From Minisyncoccia bacterium (lineage in GTDB: Bacteria; Patescibacteriota; Minisyncoccia; UBA6257; 2-01-FULL-56-20), in assembly GCA_050008535.1 (NCBI GenBank), contig JBEKML010000001.1, positions 2,246 through 66,245 on the forward strand: a stretch of 64,000 nucleotides of DNA, written 5' to 3'. A program made the translations under genes and the position numbers. This document shows, one piece after another, positions 63,163 through 64,000 of the stretch. Position 1 is the first letter of the stretch. Every line of letters starts with the position of its first letter. Under the pieces are notes generated by a model. It searched no databases and was not told the DNA's origin. It saw only the letters and a list, made by a program, of their open reading frames with translations.

Positions 63163-63867
63163 ATGAATTTTGAATTGCTTGCTTCTGTTTTATTTCCGCG
63201 CTCCTGCCTTATTTGCAGAAAATACCTCCGCACGGATGTCCTTTGTGAAGGATGCCGCCGAACGATCGCGGTCGCGAGCACGTCCTTCTGCGGGCAATGC
63301 GGTGCGGCGCTTCCTTGTGCGGATCCTCCTCACATCTCCGCGAGCCCCTGCCATCCCGCATTCCCTTATATCCTCGGCGCCGCAGGAAGCTACGACGACA
63401 AGGCGCTCACGACGCTTATCCATTCCCTTAAGTTCCGCGGCATGAGGGCCGCCGCAGTGCCGCTCGCAGACCTTATGGCGGAATACGTTCTCCTCCTCAA
63501 GATGGACCTCCGAGAGTATCTTGTAATGCCGATCCCCCTTTCGCGCCAACGCTTCCGCACCCGCGGCTTCAACCAATCGGCATGCATTGCAAAACGATTC
63601 GCGGAACAGCTCCTCCTTCCGCTTGAAACAAGATGCCTCTTCCGCACGAAGCACGCAAAGCCGCAGAGCGAGACGGAAAATCTTAAGGAGCGGAAAGGCA
63701 ACATTCGCGGATGTTTCACGGTTGTAGATACTGAAGCGATCCGGGGGGAAAACATCGTCCTTGTTGACGACGTCTGCACCTCCGGCGCGACCTTTCTTGA
63801 AGCCGCACAAGCCCTCAAGTCCGCGGGCGCCGCAAAAATCTTTGCCCTTGCGGCCGCAAGGGCCTAA
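63163..63867 (+). CDS. comF: ComF family competence protein
   Basis: Double zinc ribbon, 'RGFNQS', PRTase motif 'LVDDVCTSGAT'. Confidence 0.9.
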   Translation: MNFELLASVLFPRSCLICRKYLRTDVLCEGCRRTIAVASTSFCGQCGAALPCADPPHISASPCHPAFPYILGAAGSYDDKALTTLIHSLKFRGMRAAAVPLADLMAEYVLLLKMDLREYLVMPIPLSRQRFRTRGFNQSACIAKRFAEQLLLPLETRCLFRTKHAKPQSETENLKERKGNIRGCFTVVDTEAIRGENIVLVDDVCTSGATFLEAAQALKSAGAAKIFALAAARA

Positions 63868-63900
63868 ACAAGCGGTACTTTTTTTGGTAAGATAAACGGA

Positions 63901-64000
63901 ATGGCATCATTCCAAATACTGTGGGAAGCACCGGAATACGAATACCGCGAGAAGACCGTTTCATGGTATTGGCTTTCCATCATCATCGCCGCTATCGTCA
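63901..64000 (+). CDS. Hypothetical membrane protein, 5' part only
   Basis: ATG 7 nt after TAAGAT; MASFQILWEAPEYEYREKTVSWYWLSIIIAAIV is open to the window edge. Confidence 0.6.
   Translation, partial: MASFQILWEAPEYEYREKTVSWYWLSIIIAAIV

Overview
A ~55% GC bacterial chromosome segment with a gene set typical of Patescibacteria/CPR (Parcubacteria-like; the taxonomy is inferred). It is mostly housekeeping: lepA, serS, thrS, miaA, gatCAB, tmk, rplK, ssb, rpsF, a fused rpoB-rpoC, mltG, rodA, alr, murD, ligA, a CCA-adding enzyme, a single-chain PheRS, and a type IV pilus cluster with comF. It also has five free-standing tRNA or tRNA-like genes and a 23S-5S rRNA unit with no linked 16S. The main unusual signals are non-coding. 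(1) Six dispersed 62-80 bp palindromes have largely unrelated 26-34 bp arms but share one 16-nt core, AGTACTA(A/G)GAAGGGCT, and sit just downstream of tRNA, rRNA or r-protein genes. (2) A ~430-nt intervening sequence in 23S helix 45 is closed by a 20-bp stem and carries one canonical tRNA-Pro(CGG) plus two tRNA-like elements, all with encoded CCA. (3) A group I intron with a LAGLIDADG homing endonuclease sits at 23S position L2593. (4) Conserved 23S sequence appears to be missing at two places (H69-H71 and H21-H22), possibly an assembly artefact. (5) There are three orphan tRNA 3'-half scars. All calls come from reading the sequence by eye; no database searches were run.
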